DNA from: Takakia lepidozioides | Taxonomy: Eukaryota; Plantae; Bryophyta | Reading direction: 5' to 3' | Assembly: GCA_030704615.1 (NCBI GenBank) | Contig: CM060733.1 | Location: 10,044,001 to 10,108,000, forward strand | DNA: 64,000 bases | Part shown: positions 23,052 to 36,721 of the stretch, in pieces | Layout: each line of letters starts with the position of its first letter | Numbering within the stretch: the first letter of the stretch is position 1 | The notes under the pieces: model-generated | Databases searched by the model: none | Seen by the model: the letters and a program-made list of their open reading frames with translations, nothing else | Told to the model about the DNA's origin: nothing | Program-made: the position numbers and the translations under genes

Positions 23052-24335
23052 GGGGTACATACTTTACCAAAGCTCTCCCCTGCTCATGGAATTCCAAGGG
23101 TGTATCATGTGGTCTTACCCCGAACATAGCACGCTGAAGACAGAGTAAGATGGTCATCAGGTTTGTACTCAAGCTCATCACTGGCATGACCAAATCTGAT
23201 CACTGAACCATATGTTAGCCCCATGTCTCCTGAAGAAGCATGTACCATGAAAGACACTTTAATCTTCATAAATGACATAGGATATCCCATAATTTCAATT
23301 AGGCACTTTTCTTATCAAATGCCATCTTATTGCAACCGGTATTGCGCAACAAACTACATGTATGACATCGCCATTGGCACAATTTTGAGGGAATCAATCA
23401 AGATCCCACGACTCTGACACCTACAGAAGCCAAGATACCTTAAGATGTGCTTCTTTTCAAGGGATTTGGGGTGTCATGGATTCGTATGTCCAGTCCACCT
23501 TTGAGCCATTCAACTTACGAGATGGTACTTTCGGAAGAAAGAAAAGCTGGGAGCCCATGCATTGTGTAGTTTGCATGCATGCTCAAGTTGTATACAAGCG
23601 CAAAGCCACAGAAGTCACCTGTCACACATCGAACACAGAGCAAGGGAGTTTAATATGAATCATTTCACCATAAAGGACAAAGCAGACAATATACAATCAA
23701 AGGAAGACACAAATGACGGCATCAAATTAGGGGAATAATGTGGTACAGATCGCTAAACATGACATGCATACATGCCACCAACTAATGCCTTCATCCTCGT
23801 GTGGATGATGTAGGACTTAGATGAGGATTCTCCATACAAGTTGTTGCAAGCTACTTTTAGGACTGTAGTAAACACTATGGAACTCTGTCAAGAAATATAA
23901 AGCTACAGTAAGTTGATTACCATCAATACCCTGGAACACTTGGGACCCAAAGTCAAGTGCTGTTGCAGAGGAGTCCTGTATTGAGAAATCCCCACTCAGG
24001 CATGCCATAAATCATTTGAGAATAGTATTTTTGAATAATCCTACAGTGTGTAGTATGCTCATTTGACGTGTTGTGAGACCGCCAAGAAATAAACTCGAGG
24101 GTGTAAATTTGGAATGCTTACCCTGTCCAAACATGTTGCAGTACCCAGTTGTCAAACTCTGCGAGTTGAGATGCATAGCTGAGATGAAGCCATAGCCAGG
24201 ACTCGTAACTACTCTTTCCACATCCAGTGATGGCTGTCGGGTTGGAGATTCACCGGCATGCAACACAAGTTGATGAGCCACCTGATATTTTAAAAGGCTG
24301 CTCAATCAGCATAGTCTTTTCATCTCCAATCAACC

Positions 24336-27300
24336 TCAGCTAATCCTGCCTTTTGTATTATACAAATCAGTGTAGATGTGGTCCCACTGACCCTCAGGGA
24401 CTCCAGAAACCTGCGAAAGATTCTTTAGCCCGCGTCCAAGTCTAGCCACTGCAGGAGCTAACGGGGCTGCAGCAATGGCCCGTTCAATCCCATCCCCATA
24501 AAACCAGATACCAGCTCCTGCTACCACACTACTACCGAAGAGTAACCATGGGCTGCGCCCAACTGGCTTGCCCTGTTTCTTCCTCATCACACTGTAAAAT
24601 GTTGTACGGATTGCTGATAGAGATGCCTTCTCAGCTGCAGCAACCATGCTTTGAGCAGCTGTCCGTACCTTCTCTGCTGAAAAGAAAGCTTTTGCAACTG
24701 AGGCTTTTGCTGATGTGGCAGCTGATGTGGCAGCAGACTTTGCGGCAGCGGACCCCAAGAGGGCCTTGCTGGGTACTACAGCTTTTATTGCAGGCATCAC
24801 CACCTTTGATGCTGGAGACACCCCTTTGGCTAATGCAACTGCAATGCTACGCTTTGTCTGCAGTAAACCAAGCTTTGCTATCGTGGAGGCTTTTAGTGTT
24901 GCCAAAGTCATAAGGGGAGATATAGGGCCCCAGTTGGAAAGGGATGATAGGCCAACAGCTGCTGCTGCTCCTGCCCCAACAACAACTGCAGCCTTTGTCT
25001 CCTGCTTATCCATCAGGCTCATCCTTGACACCCTTGACAGGAAGTTGCCTTCTTCTCCCTCTTCCATTGAGATGTAGCATTCGTTGGCCAGAGCTGAAAC
25101 TTCTTCTGGAACTGGAGTTGTCCAGTGTTGGCGGATACCCGCCACCCTGCTCACATCCATGACTGCCACTACAGTCCCTGATTTCTTTGCTTGCTGCTGG
25201 AGCGCTTGAGCTAGTAACGCATGACACTTGTCCTCATAAGAGAGGTCATAGAAATCAGCTGGGGTAGTCTTTGATGACTTTCTCTTCGGTTTGGATGGCA
25301 CCTGTGTTGCTTTTTTATTGCACTGTACCCGAAGCATCTCTACAGCAAGACGGAAGCGGTGAGCCTCAAGAAGGTCTTCTGGACTAACCTTTCTTCCATT
25401 CTCCACATCCTGGAGCAACTTGCTAGTACATTGCAATGCTCGATAAAGAGCTGGGGTGCCAAATATTTCATACACGGTTGTGAGAAAAGGGAAGAAGGGG
25501 CTGGCAAATGCTGGGCAGTTGCTCTCTTGGCCACCTGGAGGCACTTGTGAAGGAACTTGTGGGCCATCATTCCTGTTGTCATGAAAACAGTTAATACATG
25601 AGATTTTCACTAGCTGATGGATGATCCACCCAGGAGCCTCTTCTGGTCCAACTTGAATTTCATTGAAGTACAGAAGAGCTTTTCATGGTTGTGGTAAACT
25701 ACTGAAATGTATCTTGAACAATCTTCCTCGCATGTCTTGTTTCTCTCTCCTTCTCCTTTCTGTTCTGTCCAAATTGTAAAGTGGGTCTATGGCGGGGGAT
25801 TGATGCAAGTGCATAACTGTTGTCTGTTTGTGCAGAAGGTGGGGAGGGGGAATCAATCATTTAAACTGTAATGCATTGTACAGCATGAAAATCCTAAGAA
25901 GGGATCCAAGCTGGATCACTCAAGGGAGCTGACCAATCCCCGTGCTGGCCACTCCAGTGGGGAGAGGCAAGTCTAATATTTTTGCTAGGCAGTGACAATC
26001 TTTACTCTCTGGAAAGATTAGCAGATCTAAGTGCCACCAAAATTCCAGTGGGGGAACTCTGCTTTGTCTGCTGAAAAGCCCTGCACCAGAATTTGTTGTG
26101 CAGGTCTACAGCAGTGGATACTACGCAAACCAAACAATCTGAAATTTCATGTTTACCAATCCCTGAGCTCATAGTCATAAGCACTACAGATCCAATTTCC
26201 ATCTCCAATACATAGGTTCTTAATACCGAAAGTATGTAATCTTGTGAGTATGATGGAAAACCCAGCATGATGCACTCCAATTCGGCCCCTACAAGCTTGA
26301 TGTGCACAAACATAGAATCTACCTAGCTACTGTCGTTATTTTACTGCAGGGAATTTTGAAGTTTCGGACTGATCTAGCAAATAGGCATCTTAAGGCAAAT
26401 TCGGATGAAATCTAACAATACATACAAGCATGAAAACTTCCTCTCAGGCAGTCATCAGCACTGTGACCAGCGCAAGCAAACCTTCAAGACTGGATTGCAT
26501 GATCAATTTACGTTCCTCGAATGAGAAAAAACCAAAAGGATCATAGCTGGTCATAGGGGTTAAATTTCCTGGTTAAAGCTCTTCTTACGAGAAATTTGGA
26601 GATCGTAACTCACTTTCAATTCCTGAAGGACTCTCCAGCGAGATGATAAGACCTCGTCAGCATCTCATTTCAGGCTAATGGGAAAAGAGGCTAACCTTTC
26701 CGCGCGTATGGCAGATGTTTCATAGTCCTCTCCTCCAAGTTGGGGCAAACTGACGGCTAGCAAGTCGCTCCACATCGCCCTGTCTTGATGTGACATTTGG
26801 GAAGAAAAATAAGCAAAACTCTTGGATAGCTGGCTTCCAGAACTTCCTTCGCTCCGATCGTCCTCCTCTTTGAGAGCTTCATGTGCACGAAAAGGAAAAT
26901 CCAGGTAGTGAAAGGAGGCTTCACACTCTGATGCGGCACGCTTTGCTTCCACTACATGTCCAAAGAAACCGGTCCCAAATATGGATCTCAATGATTCAAT
27001 CCTAGCCCTACTGTCAAAAACAACAGCCTCCCCATCCGTGGCAAAACACTCGTGTACCACACCAATGGATGTAGTGGGGACTGCCGGATAATCTGGTTCT
27101 GCAGCAGCGTACCTCTCTTCTTCTTTCATGGATTCCAAATTCTGTGCCTCAATCTGAGTCACCACAGCTTTGGGTTTTGCAGCAGCAACTAAATCATGCA
27201 CATCCGTCGCGGATTTCTCAGACAATGCTGCTACGGATAGTACGTACACTACTGCAGAGGGCGAATCCGGTGGCCTGAGTGCCAAAACAAATTGAGCAGT

Positions 27301-27399
27301 CGTCGGACGCAGCTCCAAGCTGTCCACAAGCTTCCTCGACACGGCTATGTCGCTCGGCTGCCAGAGCGAGCGGATCCAGCCCAGCCCCCAGGCCTCCAT
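24336..27399 (-). CDS. Uncharacterised plant protein with a degenerate TraB/PrgY-like fold, ~646 aa; exons 27399-26696 and 25572-24336
   Basis: A phase-2 GT-AG intron joins the two long ORFs in frame. VYVLSVAALSEKSATDVHDLVAAAKPKAVV and ALLAQALQQQAKK..TVVAVMDVSRVAGIRQHW resemble TraB N- and C-terminal motifs. Hydrophobic Ala-rich C-terminal half. Confidence 0.8.
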
Positions 27400-27468
27400 C
27401 GCCTGCCAGAATACAAAGCACCACCCTTCTTCTCTTCTCTTCTCTTGTACTGCGGCCCACGTTACCTC

Positions 27469-27570
27469 TCTAATCTGATCCGGCCGTTTAGTAACGGCAT
27501 CTCCAACTTAACCATGGTCAACCATGGTTAAGTTGGAGATGCCGTTACTAAACGGCCGGATTAGATTAGA
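27469..27570. repeat. Near-perfect 102-bp palindrome (50-bp arms, 2-nt spacer, 1 mismatch) in the bidirectional promoter
   Basis: TCTAATCTGATCCGGCCGTTTAGTAACGGCATCTCCAACTTAACCATGGT-CA-ACCATGGTTAAGTTGGAGATGCCGTTACTAAACGGCCGGATTAGATTAGA. Confidence 0.95.
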
Positions 27571-27607
27571 TACTACTACCGACAGTCGTTAACGTTAGGA
27601 TTCAAAG

Positions 27608-27616
27608 TTAGGGTTT
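27608..27616 (-). promoter_or_regulatory. Telobox (AAACCCTAA) upstream of MPP10; second copy at 27754-27761
   Basis: TTAGGGTTT on the plus strand. Teloboxes are typical of plant ribosome-biogenesis gene promoters. Confidence 0.55.
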
Positions 27617-27787
27617 ATGGTGTTGAGCGACGTGTGAGGGTTTATGGAAGCTTGCGGGATGTGCGAGGGAGAGAGAGAGAGATCTTGCGATGGAGATGCA
27701 CAATTGGAGAATGGAAGGGGAAGGGAAGGCGTGGTGTGAGACATCGCATTAGCTAGGGTTTTGATTGGCTGGGTAGAGCCGGACGAG

Positions 27788-30700
27788 ATGGATGCAGAGA
27801 TGGAAGCGGAGCAACATGGAGTGTTGAAAGCTGTGGGGACTGTGCAGGTGAAAGCTAGAGAGAAGGATGAGAAGGAAAAGGCTCTTGATTTCGTGAGGGA
27901 TGCGGAGCCTACTGCGTGGTTGGCTGCGTCTGCGTCGTTGGTGCAAAGTGCGAGGGTGGCGTCGGAGTTTCTATTTGCTCTTGCAGCGTCGCACACGGAG
28001 AAGTCTCCGTTAGAGAAGCTTTTGACAGACAGATTCGATGCGGAGCAGATTTGGCAGCAGATTGACCTCCAGGCGAATCCCATTCTGGCGTCCATTCGCC
28101 GGCGTCTTCGCCGTCTTGAAAAGACCCCAGCCAATTCTTTCTTCTTACCAGGGAAGCTGGAGGGGGACGATGCTGGCGCTCGAGCGGGTTCAGTTCCAAG
28201 CGGTGAGCTCTCATGCATTTTCTGTCTAATGTATAGCAGCGAGAGCCTTTCTTTGCATGTGCCGAGAGTTATGAAACTATGGAAGGAGCTATGTGAATAT
28301 GGATCATCAAGCTTTGGGTGGTCGGACCAAATTCGCAACAGCTGTGATTGCAGGAAGCGGCGATAGTTATGAACAGATCTGTCGATTTGCAGCTCTCAGT
28401 GATTCTCAAAATATATTTTCGGTGACATGCGAAAGTCGAACCTGTCACCATACTTTGGAGCCATTTGATGGACCCAATCAGCACCGATTGGTTCATTTGT
28501 CATCAAGCTTATGAATGGATGATAATGTTTGGGGGAGACATAGGTGAAACATGCTGCAGAGCCAGGATTCTATCAACGTGATGCACAAATGGCGTGGATT
28601 TGACTACTGTATTGGCTATCTGTCTCAGTTTGTTTTACTTCAGCATTTTTTAGCAGACATGGAAGTGATCAGATGGTTTCATATTATTCCTCTGCAGGAC
28701 AGGCAAAGCATTTAGCAAAGGACAGCGATTTGGAAGAAGGGAAATTGGACTTGGATGATGGCCGAGAGTCAGGCTCAGAGAGTGGACGCGAGGGTGCAGA
28801 AGCTGATGATGGGCCAGACATGGAGGAGGGCCCCAATTCTGAAGAAGACGAGTATGATGATTATGATGAAGGTACTAAGAATGATTAAATATGCACTTGC
28901 ACTTCAATCCAGGCATTTAGGTGTAAACTAAACATATCCGCCGTGAGCTGCAGTTCATATTCTTACTGTGTAAACTGCAGTTTGGGACCTACTGCAACTG
29001 CACTTGGACTTTTGATGTAGATGGGGTATTAGTGCAACCACTAAAGATTTCCCATTGGCTAGTGCATGATGCTTGGTGTTCTTCCATGTGCTCTTCTGGT
29101 CTTCTATTCTTTTTCTTCGGTGCCCCATGGGCCCTGTGGTTTTCCTACATCTTAAACTCCTTCTGCCTCTCTTGGGGCCCAACTGGGTGCCTGGCGAAAG
29201 TGGGTCATGGTACCCAGTCCTTGTATGCAACATCTGCTGTCTTATACTTCTCAGTAGAATTGTCTCTTGCAGAGGCAAAGAATGCGGTGGAAGACAAGTT
29301 TTTGAGGTTGAATGAGATGGAGAAGTTTCTGGATCAGGCAGATGCTGAGGATGCTGGCATACCTGCTCTCTCTGCGAGTGATGGTGATGCTGACGAGACA
29401 GCTGCCAGGGGTGGAGACGATGAAGATGATGACAATGATTTTGATGTAACTTCCCTCCGTCTACTCAAATCCAGTAATCTAAACCTGTGATGCATGTACG
29501 GTTGTGGGGTCACCAGCTGTGTGTTGGCTTAATTGTGATTGGTGAAGGTTGGTTTAAATAGCATTGCCTTCTGTGGGGGCACCAAGTGAACATACATTGT
29601 ATTCCCAGGTGAGTTGTGTACACTGCCAACTGCGGAAGAGTAAGGGTTCTGCGGAACATGGCTGTGACATTGAATAAGCCCTTAGGCTGAACTCAGTTTT
29701 TCAATCTAAGTAATCGTGCATCATACCTCTTTTGTAGATGGATGATGCCCTCAACTTTTCAGCGCAATTGGTGGGCAAGGGTCAAAAGGGTGAAACTTGG
29801 GGTCCAAGGTATGTTGCACTTCCTTTGGAGAAATTATCTTCTATGAGATGAAGGTCTTTTAGTGCAAGTTGTAGAGTTCTGGCCTTGGTTCGATGCTAGA
29901 GCATGTTAACTTCCACTCAATGATTTCAAGAGTGCAGCTTGGAGCTCTCCTTTTTCTCTATTTAAAAGTGAGCAAAGTGTAATCTGCATAATAGACTGTA
30001 TGAACAAAATGCAAACTGACCTCGGGTCTCTTACTGTTTAATCAGCAGTATTCAGAGGAGTTGAACTCTGTTGTGCGGCAGGTGATGTCTGTGTGTTGTG
30101 TTCAAGAAACAGAGAGGGCCTCTTGCATGACAACTGGTGTTTTACTGCATTTCACAGATATTCAGATTTTGTCAGCATGGGTAAGAAACAGAAAGCCAGA
30201 ACTACTGGGGGAAATGGCGGCAATGGTGATCTTGCAGAAAGTGATGATGAGGATGAGGAGGATGAGATAGCAGACGACGTTGATAGTGATCAGGAGCCAA
30301 GGCCTTCTAGTGTTCAAGACATATCGGACCCATTGCAGGTGGCGTGATGACCTTGAACACTGGATTCTTGAAGGAGTGTATTTTTAGGATTCAAGTGAGA
30401 CAACTTAAAAATGTGAAGGCCCGTCTTGATTTAAAGTTGCTTGGAGGTGGGGTGCAACAATGATTGCCTTTATCATGGACGGGCAGGCTACATCTGGGCT
30501 GGTGGAGGAAGTAATCATTTCATAATGGGATCTGCACACTCTATCCAAGTATGGAGCCAGTAAAGAACTCACCATGAGATCTTAAAATTACTCTGAGTCT
30601 GGTTTAATGACTCCTGGGATTGAAGTGTCGATCTGGGGATGAAAGGCTACACTGAACCTGACAGTTGTGTGGTACATTGCCAGGAAAACATGCTGTCAAC

Positions 30701-33700
30701 ACATGAGAGACGCCAAGAGAAAATAAAGAAGCGAATGGAGCAATTAGAGAAGGCTAATCTGGACCCAAAAGCCTGGACGTTGCAAGGGGAGGTAAATAGA
30801 CTCTTTTTATCTCACTGTCTCTCTCCCTCTCGCTCACTGTCTCTCTTTTACAAATCTCTCTCGTCAAATCTATTAAGGGAATTGTGCCTGTACCCCTGTT
30901 TACCAACTTTGAAAGTCTCGAGGCTGAGCCAAAAGCCCAGGCCCTCCTGAGGCCTAGTTTTTGGGCAAATCACACACAGCAGATTGATGCTTGTGTGAAG
31001 GGATTTCTAGAGGATATCTGGAAAACCCGGATTAATTATTTATATGGAGGTAAGTCTTACTACCAACGTCAGCCCCTGACAGAGGTAGGTTCTGTTCCCG
31101 CTCAAACTGGGCGCGGGGTCAATGGCCACAAGGCTACGGCAAACAACGTCTTATGAGTACAATCTCTCTTTTACAAATCATGGTCACAATGCTACAGCAA
31201 ACCACCTCTCATGAGTACATTCTCTTTTACAATACTGTCTCAAGAGAAAGCCTTCCTTTTTCTTCTTGGCCTGGTTGAGGTTAAGTTGATCTCCTTCCGT
31301 CTGACTCCATAAATGTCATTATCTCTCAGTTTGAAAAGGTAAGGTGGAGCACAGCAGACTTGTGTGCTCTTGGCTTGGGTACACTTTCCCAGTCACGGAT
31401 TCAAGCAAAGGAAATTTTGCAGTCTTGACCGTCTTCAGTTTTATCTAAACACTGGGGTAGAGAAGATGTCTACTCTTCTTATGATTTTTATGTTAAAAGC
31501 ATTATCTCTTGTTGCTTGAATAGGTGACAGCAAGTAAAAGGCCTAAGAACAGTGCGCTGGAGGTTGAGCTCGATTTCGAGCATGGTGCACGACCAGCACC
31601 GGTGATCACAGAAGAAGTTACTGCGTCTTTAGAAGACATCATCCGCGGCCGCATCATTGAGGTGCGTAGGTGCGTCTGGATATGCTGCTCAGCTTAAAGG
31701 GGTCAGCCATCATGTAAGTCCAGGGATGTGTGGAAAAGTCTATTCTAGCATTGCACATGTGATCATGCATAGTGAAATTGATTGATATCTGCATTTCTGC
31801 TAGAAGCGAAGGAAGTTGGATGATGGAATCTATTCTTCTATATTAGATACCAAAGTTCAGTTCATCGGGTGCTGATTGGCACAATTTCACAGGGTCTATT
31901 TGATGACGTTCAGCGCAAGGCTACTCTAACAGCAGCCCCACCCAGAGAGCGTATGGAATTGGTATGTATCTAACCAGAAGGTCACTCCGGCTCTTTATCT
32001 TGGGTTTGAGGATTCAGTAGTGATGAGTTATGGCTGATGGCCTATGTAGGCTATTCTACCTGACCACTCAGTGGCAGGATTTGCCCTATGATATCTAGGG
32101 ATCTGTGAGATCTTGTGGAAAACCTTGGCCGAAAAGATGACTTGATGACACTGTTGAAGAAGGGCCTCATTGAAGTATGCTACTCCGGTGACAGTCTTTT
32201 CAGGTGAATCACCGAGCGGATTGTTTAAGGTCCCTGAGTAGGCAGAGATTTTATTTCTCTATAGAAAGCAGTAAGTAGAAAGCATAACGTTCATCCCGGT
32301 GCTGCCTCTGGCCACTTCCTTACATATTCGGGACATGGTGGAGAGAAGAAAGAAAGGAAGGAACTTTTATAACTCCCACGGGGCCCCAAGGGCCTCTGGA
32401 CAAAGTAGGAGAAAACCTCAGTAAAAAACAAATGATGCCAGAAGATGAGATGCCTCATGCACAGAGAGAGAGATTCTGACAGCAGAGCATATGTGTGTAT
32501 GCAGGATGAGAATAAGAGCCAGAAAGGGCTTGGGGAGATTTATGAGGTGTGTATGGAAGTCCGTTGTCTAAATTAACTTTATGCTGCTGTACCACATTAC
32601 ATGGGTGTGCCATCCTCACTTCTCTTCTCCTGCTTGTTCCTTGTGCACAAACTTGCCTTCTAAGTTGGTTGTTGGTCGGACATTTACATAGGATTTACCT
32701 TGTAACTTGTGTATTGATATTTTCTCTTAGATGGGGCATTGTATGGTTGCTTGGCTACTGTTGGCTGATTGATGGGTAGCTGTTATTAGGTTGGAGTTGG
32801 TTGCTTGGATACTCAAGATTTTAATCCTACTGATTGTCATGGGGACATGGGCGGTCTCAGGCAGAATACATGCAGAGTGCAGGGCTTGCTGCTGCTGCTA
32901 CACCTGCCTCAGAAGCCCTGAAGAAGGAGGTACTCTAAGCTCTTAGACTAATGGTTAGCGTAGTGCAAGCAGCTCTCTTTGCTGTAATTTATTGAGGGAA
33001 GGCAGGAAGGCATAACCCTCGTCTTGTGGATCTGGCATGCTGCTTTGGCACATGCCTCCTATACACTTGGAAGGTTTTGAACTTGCTTGGTCTGGCATTA
33101 TTTGAAGTTAATGATCAATCCATGAAGCAAAAAAATATTCATGTGGTACCTATTCGTTCTAAATGTGCTAGTAATGTGGGATGGCAGGCTAAATCACTTT
33201 ACAAGGAGCTCTGTCTCAAGCTTGATGCTTTGTCTCATTTCCATTTTGCCCCAAAACCGGTAATTTATCCTTTCGTTCTTGTCTTTACTCCCTTTTTTTT
33301 GTCCATTCTACATGAGGTTGAGGCCAAGATGCATATGGTAAGTGTTAACTGCTTGCTTTTCCTGCTCTATGGGTGCTTCAGTTGGATCTTGAGGTGGGTA
33401 GATTCTCCAGATGTAAATGTAAAGGGGTGGTTGTTTTCATTGCAAAGGTAGTTTCCGCCTGATACCTTGGAAAGTTACAGCTGGAATGACGGTTTTGGTC
33501 AAAATGTGCAGGTGATGGAGGAGCTGGAAATACACACAGATGTGCCAGCGCTGGCTATGGAAGAGGTAAGCATTATAACACTGTTGATTTCCCTTGGAGT
33601 TGAACTGGAATTTCCTTACATATCCGTCCCCTTTTATGGTAATTTTGTCTACTCTACTACCTAAAGCAGTAATCAAGCTACAGTGTTGTTTAAGCACAGT

Positions 33701-35898
33701 AATTGCTACATTCTCTTCATGGCAACTTCGAAGGAGGTTTGCTGCACAGGTGATCAGGCTAACTCTGGTCACAAGTGCCATCCTGTTTATAGTGAGTGGG
33801 ACCCATACAAGAGATGCCTGGTTGAACGTCTAGTATTTTCCATCTTTAAGTGAAGCAGAAGTTGGTTAAATTCCTCCGCCAATGTGCCGTAGAAAGCCAT
33901 TCAGCAATCTAAAGCTGAAACATCAATTGTTCTCAACATCATGAAGTGAATAATTGTCAGGTAATTGTCAGGGCTCAGATCTTGAACTCTGAAATTGGGT
34001 TTTATGTCTGATGTTTGCTGTAGGTAGCTCCAATGGCAGTGTCAGATGCATCCATGCTGGCACCAGAAGAGGTATACAAGGGTGCCGACATGGTAAAAGG
34101 GGAGCGTGAGTTCACACCTGATGAGAGAAAGCGGCGTAGAGCACAGAAAAAGCGAAAGAGAAAAGGTATGTTCTATCCCTCCCTCTGCCCCCTCTCTCAA
34201 AGTGGTTTCTTACTTGTCCTGTGGGTCCCCTGTGGACATTCGATAGTTTCTTTTATCTTATCCCCTTCCAAATTTGACACAAGACCATAGTATCTTGTCC
34301 ATCTTCTCACTTTCTTCCTTTCCCCCTGTATGGGTCTGCTTGCCAGATTCAACTCTCTTGTTCCTTAGCTTGAAAGTCTCAAGACTTTCCAAGAGCTGTG
34401 AACTGCTTGGGTATAATGTTCAGGGTGACTTATAATATCAAATTGATTTTATTGTACGTACCTTTGGACAATACTGTGGCCATGTTTTGATCTTGACACA
34501 TGACACCCCTCGCCATGCCACTTTTACTGCTCTGCTCGAGTTGTTGGTGGGAACCATGGCCACAAGGCTATGACAAACAAAGTAAGATGGGTCTGTCATA
34601 GTAAGTGCCATCATGTTTAGAATGAGTGGTATCAAAATTTGCTCTAATCTAAAGGACTTTTTTTTAAGGAATCTTGCCTTCTTCAATTTCCTTCAAAAGC
34701 CTACGGCCTGTGTGGCAGGAAGAAGCAGGTACCTCAAGGTCTATGTGGGGCTTGCATCTCTCTCTCTTTAGCCTCTTCTCCTTTCTTTGCCCGTCTCATC
34801 ACGGTTTGGAATTAGAGGCTCCTAACCGCATTTTTGCATTTTTGTGTGACAGGGGCAAAGAAACAAGAAGAGGCTAAAAAGAGAGCTCGATCAATTGACC
34901 CGCTCAAGGATCTCAATGTTCGGCACATTCCGAATGCAACTGCACGATCTACATCCTCCTATGGGAAATCTGCCAAGGTGAGCTACGCAGTTAACTTGCA
35001 AAAACCAGATGTGTTCTACTTGCTCCAGTGCTTTTCAACCCTAAAAGAGTTTATCTCATTTGCCTTATGGCATTTTGGTCAATATCACACTCCTTGGCAG
35101 ATTTTGTATTTGGTGAAACTTCCAACAGATACCCCAGCTGTTCAGGCTGGCAGCCACACTACGCGAACTTTGGGTTCAAATGGTGTATCCAATGAAGCTT
35201 CAAACCAATGTCAGTCTTGCTTGTTGTCTTTATTCGAGGCTAAGCTCCATGATGCGGCTGATGTGTGCGAGGATGCTGAAATGGGCACCTAGGGAGCTTC
35301 CCAGTTTCTAGGAGACCTTGGTTTGCACACTTTAGGTGGCACTTCAAAAGTGTCATGTGCACCTACCAATAGAAGACTAGCCCATTTGGGTTATGTGTCC
35401 AGCTTCATTCTTGTAATCTTTATGCAATGATAAGAGATTGAGCGTTTACATTGGTGTTGACTCAGGCCTAAGGACTTCATATTGAAAATTGAGTACACTT
35501 ATATTTGGTTCTTGGATTGGGTAGTCTAGTATGGGGCTGGTTCGTTCTGATAGACAGAATGCACTGCAATCTTTGGTATTTGCATTTTTTACCAGTCTTT
35601 CCTACACTTACCTCTTAAAAGTATGTGTGTGGGAGAGTGCAGTTGATATCAATGGCGTAGATAGTTTCATAATGGAAGGGATATAGAGAGAGACAGTTTG
35701 TAGTGCAAGGGGTTGGTAACTACCTTGGTTGGAGTGAAGGGATTGAAGATTTTGAATAGAAGGGGGTGAATAAACTGATGATGTTGTGTTCTGTGTGGGC
35801 AGGTGTTTGCAGCGCTAGACACAGCAAAAGCAAGCGGTGACCGGCCTCTGAAGCAAGTAGAAAAGCCTCGACTGAATGCATCATTTCTTAAATTGTGA
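27788..35898 (+). CDS. MPP10: U3 snoRNP protein Mpp10; ~15 exons, last exon 35803-35898
   Basis: [143 protein letters not shown] and C-terminal ...ASFLKL*. Confidence 0.95.
30857..31162 (+). mobile_element. 5'-truncated non-LTR retroelement (LINE-like 3' end) in an MPP10 intron
   Basis: Flanked by an identical 17-bp direct repeat TCTCTCTTTTACAAATC (30840-30856 and 31163-31179). Encodes ...[17 protein letters not shown]...ATANNVL*. Its last 30 bp recur at 57636-57665. Confidence 0.7.
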
Positions 35899-36721
35899 TG
35901 AGGCTGCTGAGGAGGATAGGCCTTCATTGCAATTGTGGACCAATTCGAGTGGGTGCCTAGCTTAGCTTGGAAAAAGTTGTAGAACTGATCACCAACCTGC
36001 ATGGCAGGTTGGGGGAAATAGCAGAGGATAATGAAGTGGCATCTGTATTAATTTGTATGGATGCCTATACTTTGAAGGGATCCGGAGAGAGGAATGAAGT
36101 AAAATGCAAATTGAAATAACTGGTTCGCGGTTTTCTGGACTCGGGGGAAATCTTCATTGACATCGACATGGACATCATCTCAATTCCGAATCCAGCTTTG
36201 AACCCCTCATGTTTTTGACAGAGTTTGCATGTCAGAACGACCTAAACAATAATTTGTCTGCTTGACTACAACTACTGAGTAAGCTTTGCTGCTAGACTTT
36301 GAGCTGAAAAATGCTTCTTTGCACTTGTGCTCATGAGCACTCAGGGTACTTCTGCCTGGCTTCCTCCCCCCCCTGGCCTGACATGCTCTATCTGTACACC
36401 CTTCTGGGTACATAGCAGGTAAAGAGGATACGAAAGTTACAGCCCTCCCAATATTCCCACACTACATCTCGCAGCTCTGGCAAGCACAAGCATGTGCTGT
36501 TAGACTTCAAATCTATCCTTGGAAACTCATTATGCGGCAGCCTCGGGAAGTCTGTCTGGCATGTCGGGTTCGGCTTACGGAGGGACTATGCGTAGCTCCT
36601 TCGCGAATTGGATCTGTTCGTAATCTTTGGGGAGCCTGAATCACAGTCTGCAAACTCTTGAAGGCAGCAGAGTGCAATTGTAGTTTATTGGAGATCCGGG
36701 TAAGCTGGGATTAAGTTAGAA

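Noticed and set aside
34978-35292. Read-through ORF as the MPP10 C-terminus
   Set aside because: The exon at 35803-35898 gives the expected VFAAL...LKL* ending; the read-through is most likely intron.
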